Origin: Phycisphaeraceae bacterium
GTDB taxonomy: Bacteria; Planctomycetota; Phycisphaerae; Phycisphaerales; Phycisphaeraceae
NCBI GenBank assembly: GCA_963674705.1
Contig: OY771506.1
Coordinates: 3,104,001 to 3,168,000, forward strand
Length of the DNA: 64,000 nt
Direction: 5' to 3'
Of this stretch, positions 1-11,900 are shown piece by piece. Below the pieces are notes generated by a model, which was not told the DNA's origin, ran no database searches, and saw only the letters and a list, made by a program, of their open reading frames with translations. Each line of letters begins with the position of its first letter. Within the stretch, counting starts at the first letter, position 1. A program made the translations under genes and the position numbers.

Positions 1-1346
1 GTGAATCGCACGTTACGTGATCCGGTGATCGAAGCCAGATTCGTCAGTGGGATCGATCCGCCGTTAGTGACACTGAACTGGAGTGTGTCACCATACAAAC
101 CACCAATGATATTGGTCAGCCCGGACAGGTCCACCACGCCGCCGTCACGCGCCGCGATCGTGTAGACCGGTGAGCCACCTTTATCCTGATTAAAGTCGAG
201 ACTCGTCAAACTCGACAGATTGAGGACCGAGCCGGCCCCTTCTGCTGTGAAGAAGTCGCCACCGCTGAAGTAATCGAGCGTGTCATAGGTTGCGGCCGTG
301 ACGCCGTTGAAAACGTGACCGCCGCTGATGAAAATGCGTGAGCCGTCGATGTCGCTCAGGGACCCGGTCGTCAGTGTCTGACCTGCGCCCACCGATAGCG
401 TGGTGCGCTGCATCGTGGTCAACGAAGGCATATTCAAGGCACCGCTGTCTGGCGGAGCCAGTTCGGTTGTATAGCTTTGGCCTGCACCATCGACACTGGT
501 AAGTGACGGCAGGTCGATCGTCATGCCGTTGGTATACTCAAAAAGTACCCCGGCGGAAATGGTTTGAAGTGCCGGTAGATTCAGAGCGGTTCCGTCTGTT
601 GTAAACCGCACATCCCTAGACCCCGTGATCGAATTCAGGCTCGAAAGGTCAAGCGTTCCACCAGTTGCGACCTCGAATCGGAGTGTATCGCCATAACGCG
701 CGCCGACGACATTAGTGAGTCCCGAAAGATCGAGCGTTGCACCATTGCGAGCCGCGATCGATGTGATCGGAGAACCGTTCGAATCTTTGTCATTGTTGAT
801 CGTCAGAATGCTGGATAGATCGAGCATTGTTCCGGGATCAGTCGCTGAGATCAGGTCACCGCTGGCCAGACTTGTGTTGGTATAGGATGCTGCATTGACC
901 ACCACGGTTGCGCCGCCTGATGCAATGATGCGTGACGCCGTACCTGAGAGCTGTGATGCCGCGGAACTGGCGGTGAATGTCCCGTTGCTGGTGGTCAGCA
1001 AACCCGCGATATTCGCCGAATCGGTTACCGCCAGATCGCGCCCCGGATTAACCGTCAGCGTCGCCCCCGATCCGAGCGTCAACTGGTACACCGTGTTCCC
1101 AACCGTCGGCACATCGAATGTCACCGACTTACTTGCCGGGATGTTGACAACGTATGTGTCAACCAGCGTATCGATCGGCACGACACCGATATCCCAGTTC
1201 AGGGGATCGTTGTAACTCACCCCATCCCCGCCTCCGGTCCAGTTGGCGTTGAATACCGCCGCCGAAGCCTGTGAACAGATCAGGCTGGCACCCAATAGAA
1301 GACAAGCGCACGAACCGCTACGTAACGTCCTTGGTCGGCCGTTCAT
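1..1346 (-). CDS. Secreted repeat protein (beta-solenoid / L-domain-like LxLxxLxxI repeats); N-terminal part only, runs off the window edge
   Basis: Absent from the ORF track because there is no stop in the window. Manual translation from ATG at 1346 (RBS AAGGAGG upstream) gives MNGRPRTLRSGSCACLLLGASLICSQASAAVFNANWTGGGDG..., a signal peptide followed by repeats LDLSSILTI, LDLSGLTNV, LDLSSLNSI, LNLPALQTI, IDLPSLTSV, LNMPSLTTM. Confidence 0.8.
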   Translation of the reverse strand, partial: MNGRPRTLRSGSCACLLLGASLICSQASAAVFNANWTGGGDGVSYNDPLNWDIGVVPIDTLVDTYVVNIPASKSVTFDVPTVGNTVYQLTLGSGATLTVNPGRDLAVTDSANIAGLLTTSNGTFTASSAASQLSGTASRIIASGGATVVVNAASYTNTSLASGDLISATDPGTMLDLSSILTINNDKDSNGSPITSIAARNGATLDLSGLTNVVGARYGDTLRFEVATGGTLDLSSLNSITGSRDVRFTTDGTALNLPALQTISAGVLFEYTNGMTIDLPSLTSVDGAGQSYTTELAPPDSGALNMPSLTTMQRTTLSVGAGQTLTTGSLSDIDGSRIFISGGHVFNGVTAATYDTLDYFSGGDFFTAEGAGSVLNLSSLTSLDFNQDKGGSPVYTIAARDGGVVDLSGLTNIIGGLYGDTLQFSVTNGGSIPLTNLASITGSRNVRF

Positions 1347-1910
1347 CGTTGTAATCCTCCTTCTCCAAGCGATGAGTTGTGAATAGCACGTTGAATGTCA
1401 ACCGCCTCGATAGGTGGCGGCCAGATGATGCTCTATGGTCAGAAAGGCTGATATTCAATCCGACTGATTGGCCTCCCCCCACCGACGACATAAAAAGACT
1501 CAAAAGGTGTGAAACGTCTATCAATGTACTCAATGCATGGACAGAAGCCAAGCGCATTGAGCCAAACTGTCCGATAATAAATGGTTTATGAGATACTGGG
1601 ACATGCTTTTTGTGCAGATTCGCGATTCGATCTTGTGATTGAGCAGCAGTATTCGTCAATGGTGTTGCTGAGAGTTCAGATTAATAGCCGAGGCTTCATA
1701 ACACCCTTTTTGAACAATAATAACGATCAGCGATGAGGATACAGACCTTTATCCGGTAAGCGTTTTATCAAACAACACTGCACGGTCGCCTCGTGATAGC
1801 ATCATGAGGTACAGCAGATGGGCCCGCAGTTAGAAATCTGTCAGATTCGCCCAGACGCCTAAGCCCTTCGTGCGTCTACATTCACGGACAAGGACAGCAC
1901 GGCTCAAGAC

Positions 1911-2582
1911 ATGACAGACACCCAGCCGGATTACGCTGAAGATGGTGACGCCGTTATGCGGGTCGGGGCTGTCAGCGCTTCCGGTGGTCCGGCGGAAAGC
2001 TCCGGGGATTTGCACTTGACCGGCAGCGTTGATGCTGTTGAGAAAATAACGGAGTTCGACACGATCGTCGCCGACCACGAGTCGGCCCTGCTGCGCTACG
2101 CGCGGCACCAGTTAGGCAAAGGCTTTGAAGGCAGGCACCACGATGCACAAGACATTGTCCAGGAAGCATTGCTGCGTCTGCACAGGCAATGGAAGCAGGA
2201 CGGCCTGGCGAGCCTGCAGAACATCCGTGCCTGGCTGATGCGCGTCACGCACAACCTGGTCGTGGATGCAATCCGAAAACGCAGCCGGCAACGCGAAGCC
2301 AGGCTCCGGCTGCACCAGGACGCCGTTGAAACGAGCGCTGATTTGAGCAGCAACGCCAACAGCCTGGAAACCATGGAAAGCCACGAAGCGAAGGACCACG
2401 CGCTTCGGCTGATGCACGACCTGCCCGACACCCAGCAACGCGTCCTGATGCTAAGGCTCAACGACCTGACGGTACGTGAAATCGCAGAGGTATTGAACAT
2501 GAGCCCGGGGAACGTCGGCTACCACATGAACCAGGCGATGATGACCCTCACCCGGCAGATGAAACAGGCCGGGCTCGTATGA
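1911..2582 (+). CDS. ECF-family RNA polymerase sigma-70 factor
   Basis: Region 2 (DAQDIVQEALLRL...RAWLMRVTHNLVVDAIRK) and region 4 (LPDTQQRVLMLR...VREIAEVLNMSPGNVGYH). Confidence 0.93.
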   Translation: MTDTQPDYAEDGDAVMRVGAVSASGGPAESSGDLHLTGSVDAVEKITEFDTIVADHESALLRYARHQLGKGFEGRHHDAQDIVQEALLRLHRQWKQDGLASLQNIRAWLMRVTHNLVVDAIRKRSRQREARLRLHQDAVETSADLSSNANSLETMESHEAKDHALRLMHDLPDTQQRVLMLRLNDLTVREIAEVLNMSPGNVGYHMNQAMMTLTRQMKQAGLV

Positions 2583-2619
2583 ATGAAATGCCCCGCAACC
2601 GAGGCGGGAGAACCAAACC

Positions 2620-5600
2620 ATGAACCGCGAACAAGCCGAATCACTGCTGGCCCAACTGCTCTTCGACGACCTCGAAGAGCCCGCGCGCTCGCAGTTGCTC
2701 GAATATCTCAAGACCGACCCCGAACTGAGCGAACAACTCGGCGACATGCGCCTGACCGCCAAAGTCCTGCGCGATGCGATGCAGGAAGAAACCGAACCCC
2801 GGCTGGATGCGCAACACAAGGCAGGCCTTCAGAAGCAGATCGAAAATGACCGGAATCGCACAAAGATCAAGGCGATCCTGACGCATCATGTGGGCAATCG
2901 TTGGGTTGCGTATGCCGCGATGATCGTCATCAGTGCTTTGCTGGTTGGCGTGTTTTTGCCGGCTTTAGGGGTTGCCAGGCGTCCCACCAGTCGGGCGACC
3001 AGCGCGTCGGGCGATTTCGCCCTTTCAGAATATGCCGCCGAACCGCACGAACCGATGCAAGCATTTTCCATGCCCTACAAGTCAGAATCAGACATCGCCT
3101 ATGCTGAAGACCAGTCACGTGTTCAGACGGCACACAAGAAGCTGGCTCGCCAGAATGATGAGCTTTCATTCGTGCAACAGCAAGATACACCGTTATTACC
3201 AGGTAGCTTGCGTGTTAACTCGATGACCACTGAGCCAGAAATAACTGAACGCTTCGCCGGCCGGGGCTACGCCTTTGCCCGTGGTTCAGAGACAGCGCCC
3301 GAATCTTCCAATGAATACTTCTATAGCAGTTCGTCCAACCGTGGTGATCTTGCGGCCGAGACTGAAGAGGTTCGCCGCAGGCGTGATGCGCGTTTAAGTC
3401 AAAGTGGCTCCGTGAACCAGACGGATGAAGCCGGCAGAGAAAATCTGGCAGGGGGGTATGTCCTGGGCCGTGAAGTAGCAGGACTGGAATCGCGTAGTGA
3501 ACTCGACATGCTTTCCAATAACGACTTCGCCGAATCCGCAGGCAAACCAATGGGCGGTGTCGCCGGCGGTTATGGTGGCGGTTATGGCGGATACGATATC
3601 AAGGCGGGAGCAGAGTTCCGTGCACTGAATGATGCACCGGATTCCAGCGCATCTCCTGCTACCGCCGGGGAACCAGTTGCGAGCTACATCGGCGATAAAT
3701 GGTATGCCGACGAATCAGGCACAAGCCGCTCCAGCTCTGTAAACAGCCGCGGCTTTGTAAGCGATTTAGAACCGGCCGCTGAACAAAGCAGTTCACTCAC
3801 GCCACACTTTGGCCTGCCGGGCTCGCCTGCTGACACACTCGAGCGACTCCCCCAGCAGCGCGTCGAACTCACTGACGGTGCGTTAGCTTCTGTGGATTCA
3901 CTGGCAACCGGCTCCAGCCCTTCGACGGTCGCGTCCGCAAGAACATCAACGCCCGATCAGGACAACCTGTGGGCGGCCGGCCGTTTAGGTGTCACGCCCG
4001 CGACGAGTGAACCAACAAGCACGACCGGGTTGTCAGGCGAAGCCGTCGCCCTCAACGCGACGGATCGTGAAACCATGGTCCAAGAGAAGCTCCGCATGGC
4101 TTTGGATCTACAAAGAGAGCAGAATTATGACCAGGCTCTTGATGTCTTGAAAGAGGCGGAGTTCCTCAAGCCAAACGATGTGGCGGCCAACGCCATCACC
4201 GAGATGGTTGAGGAAGCTCGTATTGCTACGAATGCCCGCGATGTCTATCGACGCCGTGATCAGGGGATTGCCCGGCAGAAAGACACAGAAGATGCATCAA
4301 TACCCGAGGGGGAAGTACAAGTACTCAACTTTCCCGCAGATTGGCCGCAAATCACCTCCGGAAAGTTGCAAGCTGACAACGCTGATGCGGTCGACTCCTA
4401 TGCCCGTGCTGTACAAGTAGTCCCGGAACGTGTGGCCAAAGGTGTCGAAAAAGTACCTGAAAAATCCGAACAAGAAGTTAAGGCTGACTTTAAACCGGTG
4501 GATGTAGTGGAGGGCGTCATCGTTCTTGGCGATCAACCCGTACCCGCTGAAGAAGCGCCGCCTGCACGCAAGCCGAAGCTGATGCCGGTCAATCCCTGGG
4601 TGATGACCGCCGATGATCGGCTTTCGACCTTCGCGCTCGATGTGGATACCGCATCTTACAACATCGCACGCCGGTATATCCACGATGGGTTCCTCCCGCC
4701 GAAGTACACCGTGCGGATGGAGGAGTTTGTTAATAACTTCGATTACAACTACCCGGCCGGGCAGGGCGACAGCGAAGCGTTCACCGTGCATGCCGAAGCG
4801 GGCCCGTCGCCGTTCGGCCAGGGCACCGTGCTCGTAAAGATCGGCGTGCGTGGCAAAGTCGTCGGCCGCGATCAGGCAAAGCCCGCGAGCCTCGTCTTTG
4901 TCGTTGATACTTCGGGATCGATGGATCGTGACGACCGTTTGCCGTTGGTCCGTAAGAGTCTTGCGATGGTGCTCGATCAGCTTTCACCGCAGGACCGCGT
5001 CTCCATCGTCAGCTACGGCACGAAAGCGAACCTGCTTATCGAAGCAGCGCCCGCCAGCGATAAGCAGCGCATCCTCAATTCTCTGGAAAACCTTCAAACC
5101 GGAGGCTCGACCAACCTGCTCAGCGGCGTCGAACTCGGTTACGAAGTCGCGCAGCGCCAGTTCATCACCAACGGCGTCAACCGCGTGATCCTCAATTCCG
5201 ACGGCGTCGCCAACGTCGGGCCCAGTGAATCGGATGAGTTGATCGATCAGGTTCAGACACTGCGCCGTCAGGGTGTATCGTTCACCAGCGTCGGTTTCGG
5301 CGCAGGCAACTATGACGACAAAATCCTCGAACAACTCGCTAATAAGGGCGACGGCGATTACATGTTCGTCGGTTCGATCGACGAGGCCAAGCGTTTGTTC
5401 GTCGATGACCTTGCCGCCACACGGCCCATCATCGCCTACGACGCCAAGATCCAGGTCGACTTCGATCCCGCGCGTGTGCGTCGCTACCGCTTGATCGGCT
5501 ATGAAAACCGCGATATCGCGGACAAGGACTTCCGCAACGATACGGTCGATGCCGGCGAAGTCGGATCAGGCCAGTCCGCGACCGCACTCTATGAAGTGGA

Positions 5601-5955
5601 ACTGCTCGGCCCGATGTATGCAACACAAAATGAACCCGATCTCGGTACGGTGTATGTTCGTTACCGCGATCCCGATACGCAGCAGGTCCGCGAGATCGAA
5701 TCACGCCTGACCAACGATCTTGTTACCAACCGCATCCCAAGCGAGGATGAACGCTTCTATCTCGCCGCCTGTGCGGCTCGTTTTGCGGAAGTATTGCGCG
5801 GCAGCGAACACGTGCAGGATCCGGAAACGATTCGGAACCTGCTGCAGCTTCAAACCGTCTTAGATGTTGTGGCCTCGCGTCTGCCAATGGATCAATCTGT
5901 GCAGGACTTCAACGACCTGGTCCGCCGCGCGATCGGTCTGCCACAGGCTCAATAA
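2620..5955 (+). CDS. Putative anti-sigma factor fused to a YfbK-type von Willebrand factor A module
   Basis: N-terminal anti-sigma-like helices, one TM helix, long low-complexity linker, STFALDVDTASY...VRMEEFVNNFDY vWA N-domain, MIDAS DTSGS / GSTN / SDG, and YRLIGYENRDIADKDFRNDTVDAGEVGSG (DUF3520-like). Lies directly after the ECF sigma. Confidence 0.85.
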   Translation: MNREQAESLLAQLLFDDLEEPARSQLLEYLKTDPELSEQLGDMRLTAKVLRDAMQEETEPRLDAQHKAGLQKQIENDRNRTKIKAILTHHVGNRWVAYAAMIVISALLVGVFLPALGVARRPTSRATSASGDFALSEYAAEPHEPMQAFSMPYKSESDIAYAEDQSRVQTAHKKLARQNDELSFVQQQDTPLLPGSLRVNSMTTEPEITERFAGRGYAFARGSETAPESSNEYFYSSSSNRGDLAAETEEVRRRRDARLSQSGSVNQTDEAGRENLAGGYVLGREVAGLESRSELDMLSNNDFAESAGKPMGGVAGGYGGGYGGYDIKAGAEFRALNDAPDSSASPATAGEPVASYIGDKWYADESGTSRSSSVNSRGFVSDLEPAAEQSSSLTPHFGLPGSPADTLERLPQQRVELTDGALASVDSLATGSSPSTVASARTSTPDQDNLWAAGRLGVTPATSEPTSTTGLSGEAVALNATDRETMVQEKLRMALDLQREQNYDQALDVLKEAEFLKPNDVAANAITEMVEEARIATNARDVYRRRDQGIARQKDTEDASIPEGEVQVLNFPADWPQITSGKLQADNADAVDSYARAVQVVPERVAKGVEKVPEKSEQEVKADFKPVDVVEGVIVLGDQPVPAEEAPPARKPKLMPVNPWVMTADDRLSTFALDVDTASYNIARRYIHDGFLPPKYTVRMEEFVNNFDYNYPAGQGDSEAFTVHAEAGPSPFGQGTVLVKIGVRGKVVGRDQAKPASLVFVVDTSGSMDRDDRLPLVRKSLAMVLDQLSPQDRVSIVSYGTKANLLIEAAPASDKQRILNSLENLQTGGSTNLLSGVELGYEVAQRQFITNGVNRVILNSDGVANVGPSESDELIDQVQTLRRQGVSFTSVGFGAGNYDDKILEQLANKGDGDYMFVGSIDEAKRLFVDDLAATRPIIAYDAKIQVDFDPARVRRYRLIGYENRDIADKDFRNDTVDAGEVGSGQSATALYEVELLGPMYATQNEPDLGTVYVRYRDPDTQQVREIESRLTNDLVTNRIPSEDERFYLAACAARFAEVLRGSEHVQDPETIRNLLQLQTVLDVVASRLPMDQSVQDFNDLVRRAIGLPQAQ

Positions 5956-5958
5956 CGT

Positions 5959-8900
5959 ATGACTTTCCAAACCCACTGCGGGGTATCTCCGATGAAACAA
6001 GCATTTTCGTTGACCGTCCTGACCGTCCTGATGTGTATATTAGGTCTTGCGTTACCCGCCCGCGCTGACGTTGAGGTAGACAACGCCGCTGTGCTTGCCG
6101 ACATCGACGGATCGAACCTGACATTCACGGTGCGTTTTGAAATCACGATCAAGCAGCGTGATCAGTGGGTCGATGTGGCGGTGGGGGAGCTGGTGCTAGA
6201 CGAGGTGCATTCACCCGAGGGTGGATACACCTTGGAATACGACGCTGAACGAAAGGCTTACCGCATGGGCTTCGGGTCAGCCGGGTCGCGATCTGTCGAG
6301 CTAACGCTTGCCGCGAAGCCCGTGCCGGTCGGAGAAACAGGCTGGCGTGAAGCGAGTTTCGAGATGCCCGCATCGCGCGTGCGCGAATTGGAACTGACAT
6401 CCGATCGCACGGACCTTGAAGTAGAACTCGTCGGTGCGGTACGCGTAGATCGTAAAGTCGACGATGGCAAACTTCACATTACAGGCGTACAAGGTGCGGA
6501 CAAGCGATTTATCGTCCGCTGGAAGCCGACCGTGCGCGACCTGGATGCGGAACTGGTCTTTGCTACCGAACTGAACACCATCGCGAGTGTGCAACCGGGT
6601 GCGATCCGTCTGGATACGCTTGTTATCTATGATGTCGCCCAAGGCAAGTTGCGAGAGCTTTCGCTTCATACGCCCAAGGGTTTGTCGATCACACAGGTGC
6701 TGGGCAACAACATCCGCGACTGGCATATCGAATCGACGCCTGCCGATGAGCCCGACATCCTGCGTGTCGTCTTGAGTCAACCTCAAACAGGCCGGTATGG
6801 CTTGCAGGTTGTCGGCGAGTCGATGGTCTCTACGTTCCCTACGCAAACCAAGCTGCCCGTGATCGAACCGATCGGCGGGACGCGCGCCGGCGGGCGACTG
6901 GCGATCGGCACAGATAGCGCGATCTCGCTACTGATCAAGCAGGCCGGGGGCCTGTCACAGATCGACGCTACAGCCATGCCGCAGATCATCCTGGATAATC
7001 AGCACCCCAGACACACACCGACAAGCAAGGTGTTTTTCTACAGCTTCGCCTCACCAAACTATGAACTGTTGCTGGGTCTGGACCATGTCGAGCCGACGTT
7101 TGATGCGCTTGTCCGTGTGCTTGCAAACATCGGACAGGATGAGATGCGGATCAACACCCAAGTCGAACTCGATATCCGTGACGCGCCGTTGCGACAGGTG
7201 GACATCTCGATACCGGCAGGGTTAACACTGGTGAACGCCACCGGCGCACAGGTGGATGACTATCGGCTCATTGAGGGTGACAACGAAGCCGATGAATCAG
7301 TACGTGTCAGCTTCGCCCAGCCTGTGTCAGGGCACGTCATGCTTGACCTGCGTCTGGAACTTGGCAGGCCGCCGCTTGATCAGACGCTGAAGCTGTATGG
7401 CTTTACTGTCAACGATGCGAGGAGTATGCGCGGTTTCCTTGTGTTGTCATCCGATCAAGGGGTTGAACTCGGGCAGATCACTCACGACCCGCAACAACTG
7501 CGAGAAGTCAACGTCGCTTCGGTGCCGATCCGTGTCGCCTCGGCGCGTTACGCCTTTCGTTTCAGTGACTCGGACTGGGAGGCTGCGTTTACACCGAAAC
7601 AAACACCGCCCAGTGTTCGAGCCGAAGCATTCCACCTGATCTCGCTCGGTGAAGGTGTTGCCTACGGCAACGTCGTGTTGTCCTACTACATCACCGGCTC
7701 GCCGATCGATACGTTGAGCTTCCACGTTGAGCCGAACCTGAAAAACGTCGAGTTTGTCGGCCGGGATGTCCGCAACGCCAAGCAGGATGATGCCGACCCG
7801 AGTTTGTGGACGGTCACACTCCAGCGGCGCGTGATCGGCGATTACAACCTTGCGGTCACGTATTCACAACCCGCAGCCCGCGACGGCGACATCCTCGCAG
7901 GCGGCGTGCAGTGTGTAGAAGTCGAATCTCAGTCGGGCTATCTCGCGGTCGCCAGCCACCTCGACTTAAGACTGTCTCCGCAGAATCCAGCCGAATCGGG
8001 TTTGATCGAACTGGATCGCGAAGAGCTGCCGGCCAACTACCGCCTGCTTGTCTCGGCACCGCTGATAGCCTGCTACAGCTATGCAGGTGAAGTAACACCG
8101 ATGACGATCAAGATCGACGCTTACGATCTCGGCTCGCTCTTGCCGGCCGTCGTCGAACTGACGGAACTGGATACGCGTATCTCAACACAAGATAGCGGAG
8201 AAGCACAATCGTCCACCACCATGACCTTCAAGGTCAAGAACTCGTCCGGCCAATTCTTATCGCTTCGTCTCCCTGAAAATGCAGAAGTCTGGAGTACTCG
8301 CCTGGCCGACGGGTATCAGACCGATGAACAGGGCAATCCAATCCTGGATGAGAAGGGCGTGGCGATCGGTAACTTTAAACGCATCGTCGCTTCACATGAC
8401 AAAAAGACCGGCGAACTGTTGATCCCGCTGCCCCGGCCGCGCGATCCGAACACACCCATGACCATCGAGCTGATTTACGGCCAAGTCCATCCCGACCTTG
8501 GTTTTGCAGGCGATCTGACATTGCAGGGGCCGGTCGGATCGGTGGCGTCAACGTACGACAATTGGAAGGTGACGGTGCCCCCGAATTGGGCGGTTCACTA
8601 TAAATCAGGTGATCTGCGTCCCGAACCACGCGCTGAACATCACGGCAGCGTCTCGCATGTCTTGCGTTACGTGTTTGATAGCTGGGGGTGGGTGGTTAAT
8701 CGGGTTACGGTTCTACTTACGATCCTGGGTGCATTGGCGGTGGCATCTATTGTTCTATTGGTTGTCTGGCTAACCGCGCGCGGCTACTTTTCGCAAGCCG
8801 TTGTGGGCTTGTGCCTGATCCTTCTTTTGCTGCTTGGCATCAGCGCATCAACGGCTCCGAGTATTACCGAATATCTGTCGCAGCCTGACGACCTGACTAC

Positions 8901-11900
8901 GTTGCAATTCAACCAGGTGATGTCCACAACACAAGGCGAAGCGGTCACCATGACGTTGCGCGTCACACCTGCATGGCGGCAATATGCGTCGGTATTCTCG
9001 ACCATCATCGTGCCTGTTGCGGGTTTGCTGGCTATCGTCGCATCGGCCTTTGTATCACGATTCCGCAAGCTGCTTATTGCTGCGGGTCTGGCTGCAATCC
9101 TGTGTGCTGCTTGCCGGCTGCCTGTCCTGAGTCAGGCTTTGGGTCATCTGTTGACGTGGGGTGTCCCCGCGATACTGCTTGCAGTGTTTGTCTGGCGCGT
9201 CTTTATCCCCAAGCTCCGAAGTGTTAAGCAACTCAAACAGGCTGCGGCCGTCGCGACTGTTTTAGCATTATCGCTACTACTTTTAACCGGCTGTGCTTCG
9301 TCAACCAAACCGCCTATCACCTCGGACGGTTCGATTCTCAACCGTGTTGAACTCGACCTGTCTGTCGAAGATGACGCCATGGCGGGTGAACTGCGCGTCG
9401 ATATCAACACATCGCAGCCCACGCGGATCAACATGCTGCAACCCGGCGCGATCCTCCTGTCTGTTGAACCCGATACGGACGCGATCTCGCTTGAATCGGT
9501 CGATGGCAGGTATGACCTGGTTGTTAAGCACCCAGGCAGTTATCACGCAACGATCCGCTTCCTCATGCCCTTGCCGGTGGCTGATCCACAACTTGCCCAT
9601 ACTTTTCAGATGTCTTTGCCACCGTCTTTGACGAACCATGTCGCGTTGACAATCCCGGGCACCGCTTACGATGTGCGTTGTCCGTCGGCTGTGCGGCTAA
9701 GCAAGACGGAGGCTGACGAGCAAACCACGGTGCAGGCGATCATAGGCCATTCGGAACCACTCGTATTTAGCTGGCGGCCTCGTGCTCGTGAACGCTCGTT
9801 AGAAAAGACCGTGCTGTATGCCGGCACAACCGAACTGGTACGCTTCGACACCGGTATCATCGAGCAGGTCTCACGCGTTCGGCTTGACATTGCACAGGGT
9901 CAGGTCGAAACACTGTCGCTGCTAGCCCCCGAAGGCATGACCGTCACCAGCGTGCAGGGCGCAAATATCGGTACATGGCGTTTTGATCCGAAATCAAGAC
10001 AGGTCGAAGCGAAACTCACACAACCCGCCACCGGTTCGTATACCTTTCTCGTCGTGATGCAGCAGGCCGTAACCGATCTGCCTGCTAATGTGAAGTTGTC
10101 CCGCCTGCAGGTCATCGGCGCGGAAAACCAACGCAGTATGATCGGTCTGGCACAGACCGCCAACGTTTATACCGTGGTTGAAGAACATCCCCAGCCAATC
10201 AACGTGGATGACTTTACGCGTGAAGCGTCCGTGCTTATCGCGCCCGTAGCCCAGCAGTTATCCGGCGGCGTGAAGTCGGCTTACCGCGCCGGTGAAAAAG
10301 ATGAAGTGGATGTCACGGTTCATCGCGTTCGTTCCGAACTGCGCACAGCCGAGAACGCCACGTTCGCGATCATGGATGAACGCCTCGTTTACAACGGCAC
10401 ATTCACATTATTAATCAGCAAGGCCGGTCAATTCAGCGTCGACCTGATGATCCCTCAGGGCTACGACATCGACGCGTTGACCGCGAGCCAGGTAAGCCAT
10501 TGGGATGAAGCGGAAACCGATAACGGCCGAGTTGTTACCGTCCACTTCCGCACGCGTACGATCGGCCAGGTTGATCTCGCCCTTGCCTTGTCACGATCAA
10601 TAGGCTCGCTGCCGGACTCGCTGGAAGCGCCGCGTGTCAGCGCGGTCGATGCGATGAAGCACACCGGGCAACTTGTCGTGTCTTCCGATCAAAGTGTGCG
10701 TATTGAAGTAGATAGCCGTACGGGCGTCAGTGAAGTCGATCCCGTGGAGATCGGCGTCAGGACGCCGGGCACGCTGGCGTTCAGGCTATTGCGCCCCGAG
10801 TGGTCGTTGAAGCTGAATACGGAAGTGATCGACCCGGTCATTGATGCTGAGCTGCTTCACACCGCGCGGGTCATGGAAGGGGTTGTACGTCATCGTTGTT
10901 ACATCCGCCACCAGATCCGCCACGCAGGTGCGAAGGTGTTCAGCGTGCGGTTGCCCGAAGATGCGACAGCGGTGGTCGTCACCGGTTCAGAGATCGCACG
11001 CATCAGCCAGCCTGATAACAGTGATGCATCGTTGTACCAGATCGAATTGACGCGTAAACAATTCACACGCCCGTACCAGTTAACCGTGCAATACGAGACG
11101 CCGATCCCCGATGAGGCGCAAACGGTCGTCATCGAACCGGTGATCGTCCCAGGCGCAGAGCGTCAACGCGGTTTTGTCACCATAACGGCCGGGCCCAGGA
11201 TGGAGCTTGCCGAGGTCGGCACGGACAAGACCATGCAGCCCGCAGAAGCACGCACGATCCCGCGCGAATTCGGCGCGGGCGATTTATCTGAAGCTGCGCT
11301 TTGTTACATCACATCCAGTAACGATTACCACTTGGACCTTTCGATAACACGCCACGAAGCAGCCGAACTGTTGGATGCCAACATCCGGCGAGTGAATATC
11401 GAATCCGTCATCAATCAGGCCGGGGCATCGATCAATCGAGTGAAGGTTGAATTGACGGTAGGGGGGAAACGTCACCTGCGAGCAATACTTCCGCATGACG
11501 CAGAGGTGTGGTCACTGATGGTGGGCGCGAAGTCGGTTGTGCCTTCCGTATTGCCATCCGGTTCAAGAACATCATCTGCTCCGGTCTACCTGATCCCCTT
11601 GAGCCCCGATGCCGCAGGGGATATGCCCGTTGAGATTGATCTTGTTTATGCGAGTAAGCAAACCCCAACCGCATTGAACGATTGGACGAGTCTGCAAGGA
11701 CCGAGATTCGACCTGCCTCTGCACAACATCACCTGGACGATCTACGCGCCGCCCGGATTCGTGTACGACAACTTTGAAGGCACGCTTGGCTATGAGGAGG
11801 CTCAGGCCGTTGAGCCGGACGTTGTGCACTTCACGGCAGGAGCCTACCAGAAGCAGGTCCAGCGCATGAACGTCAGGAATCTCAGCAAGGCGCTCGACCT

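Noticed and set aside
1318..1659. Small ORFs 1318-1659(-) and 1379-1591(+)
   Set aside because: No RBS or motif support. The first overlaps the better-supported start at 1346, and the region looks like a divergent promoter.
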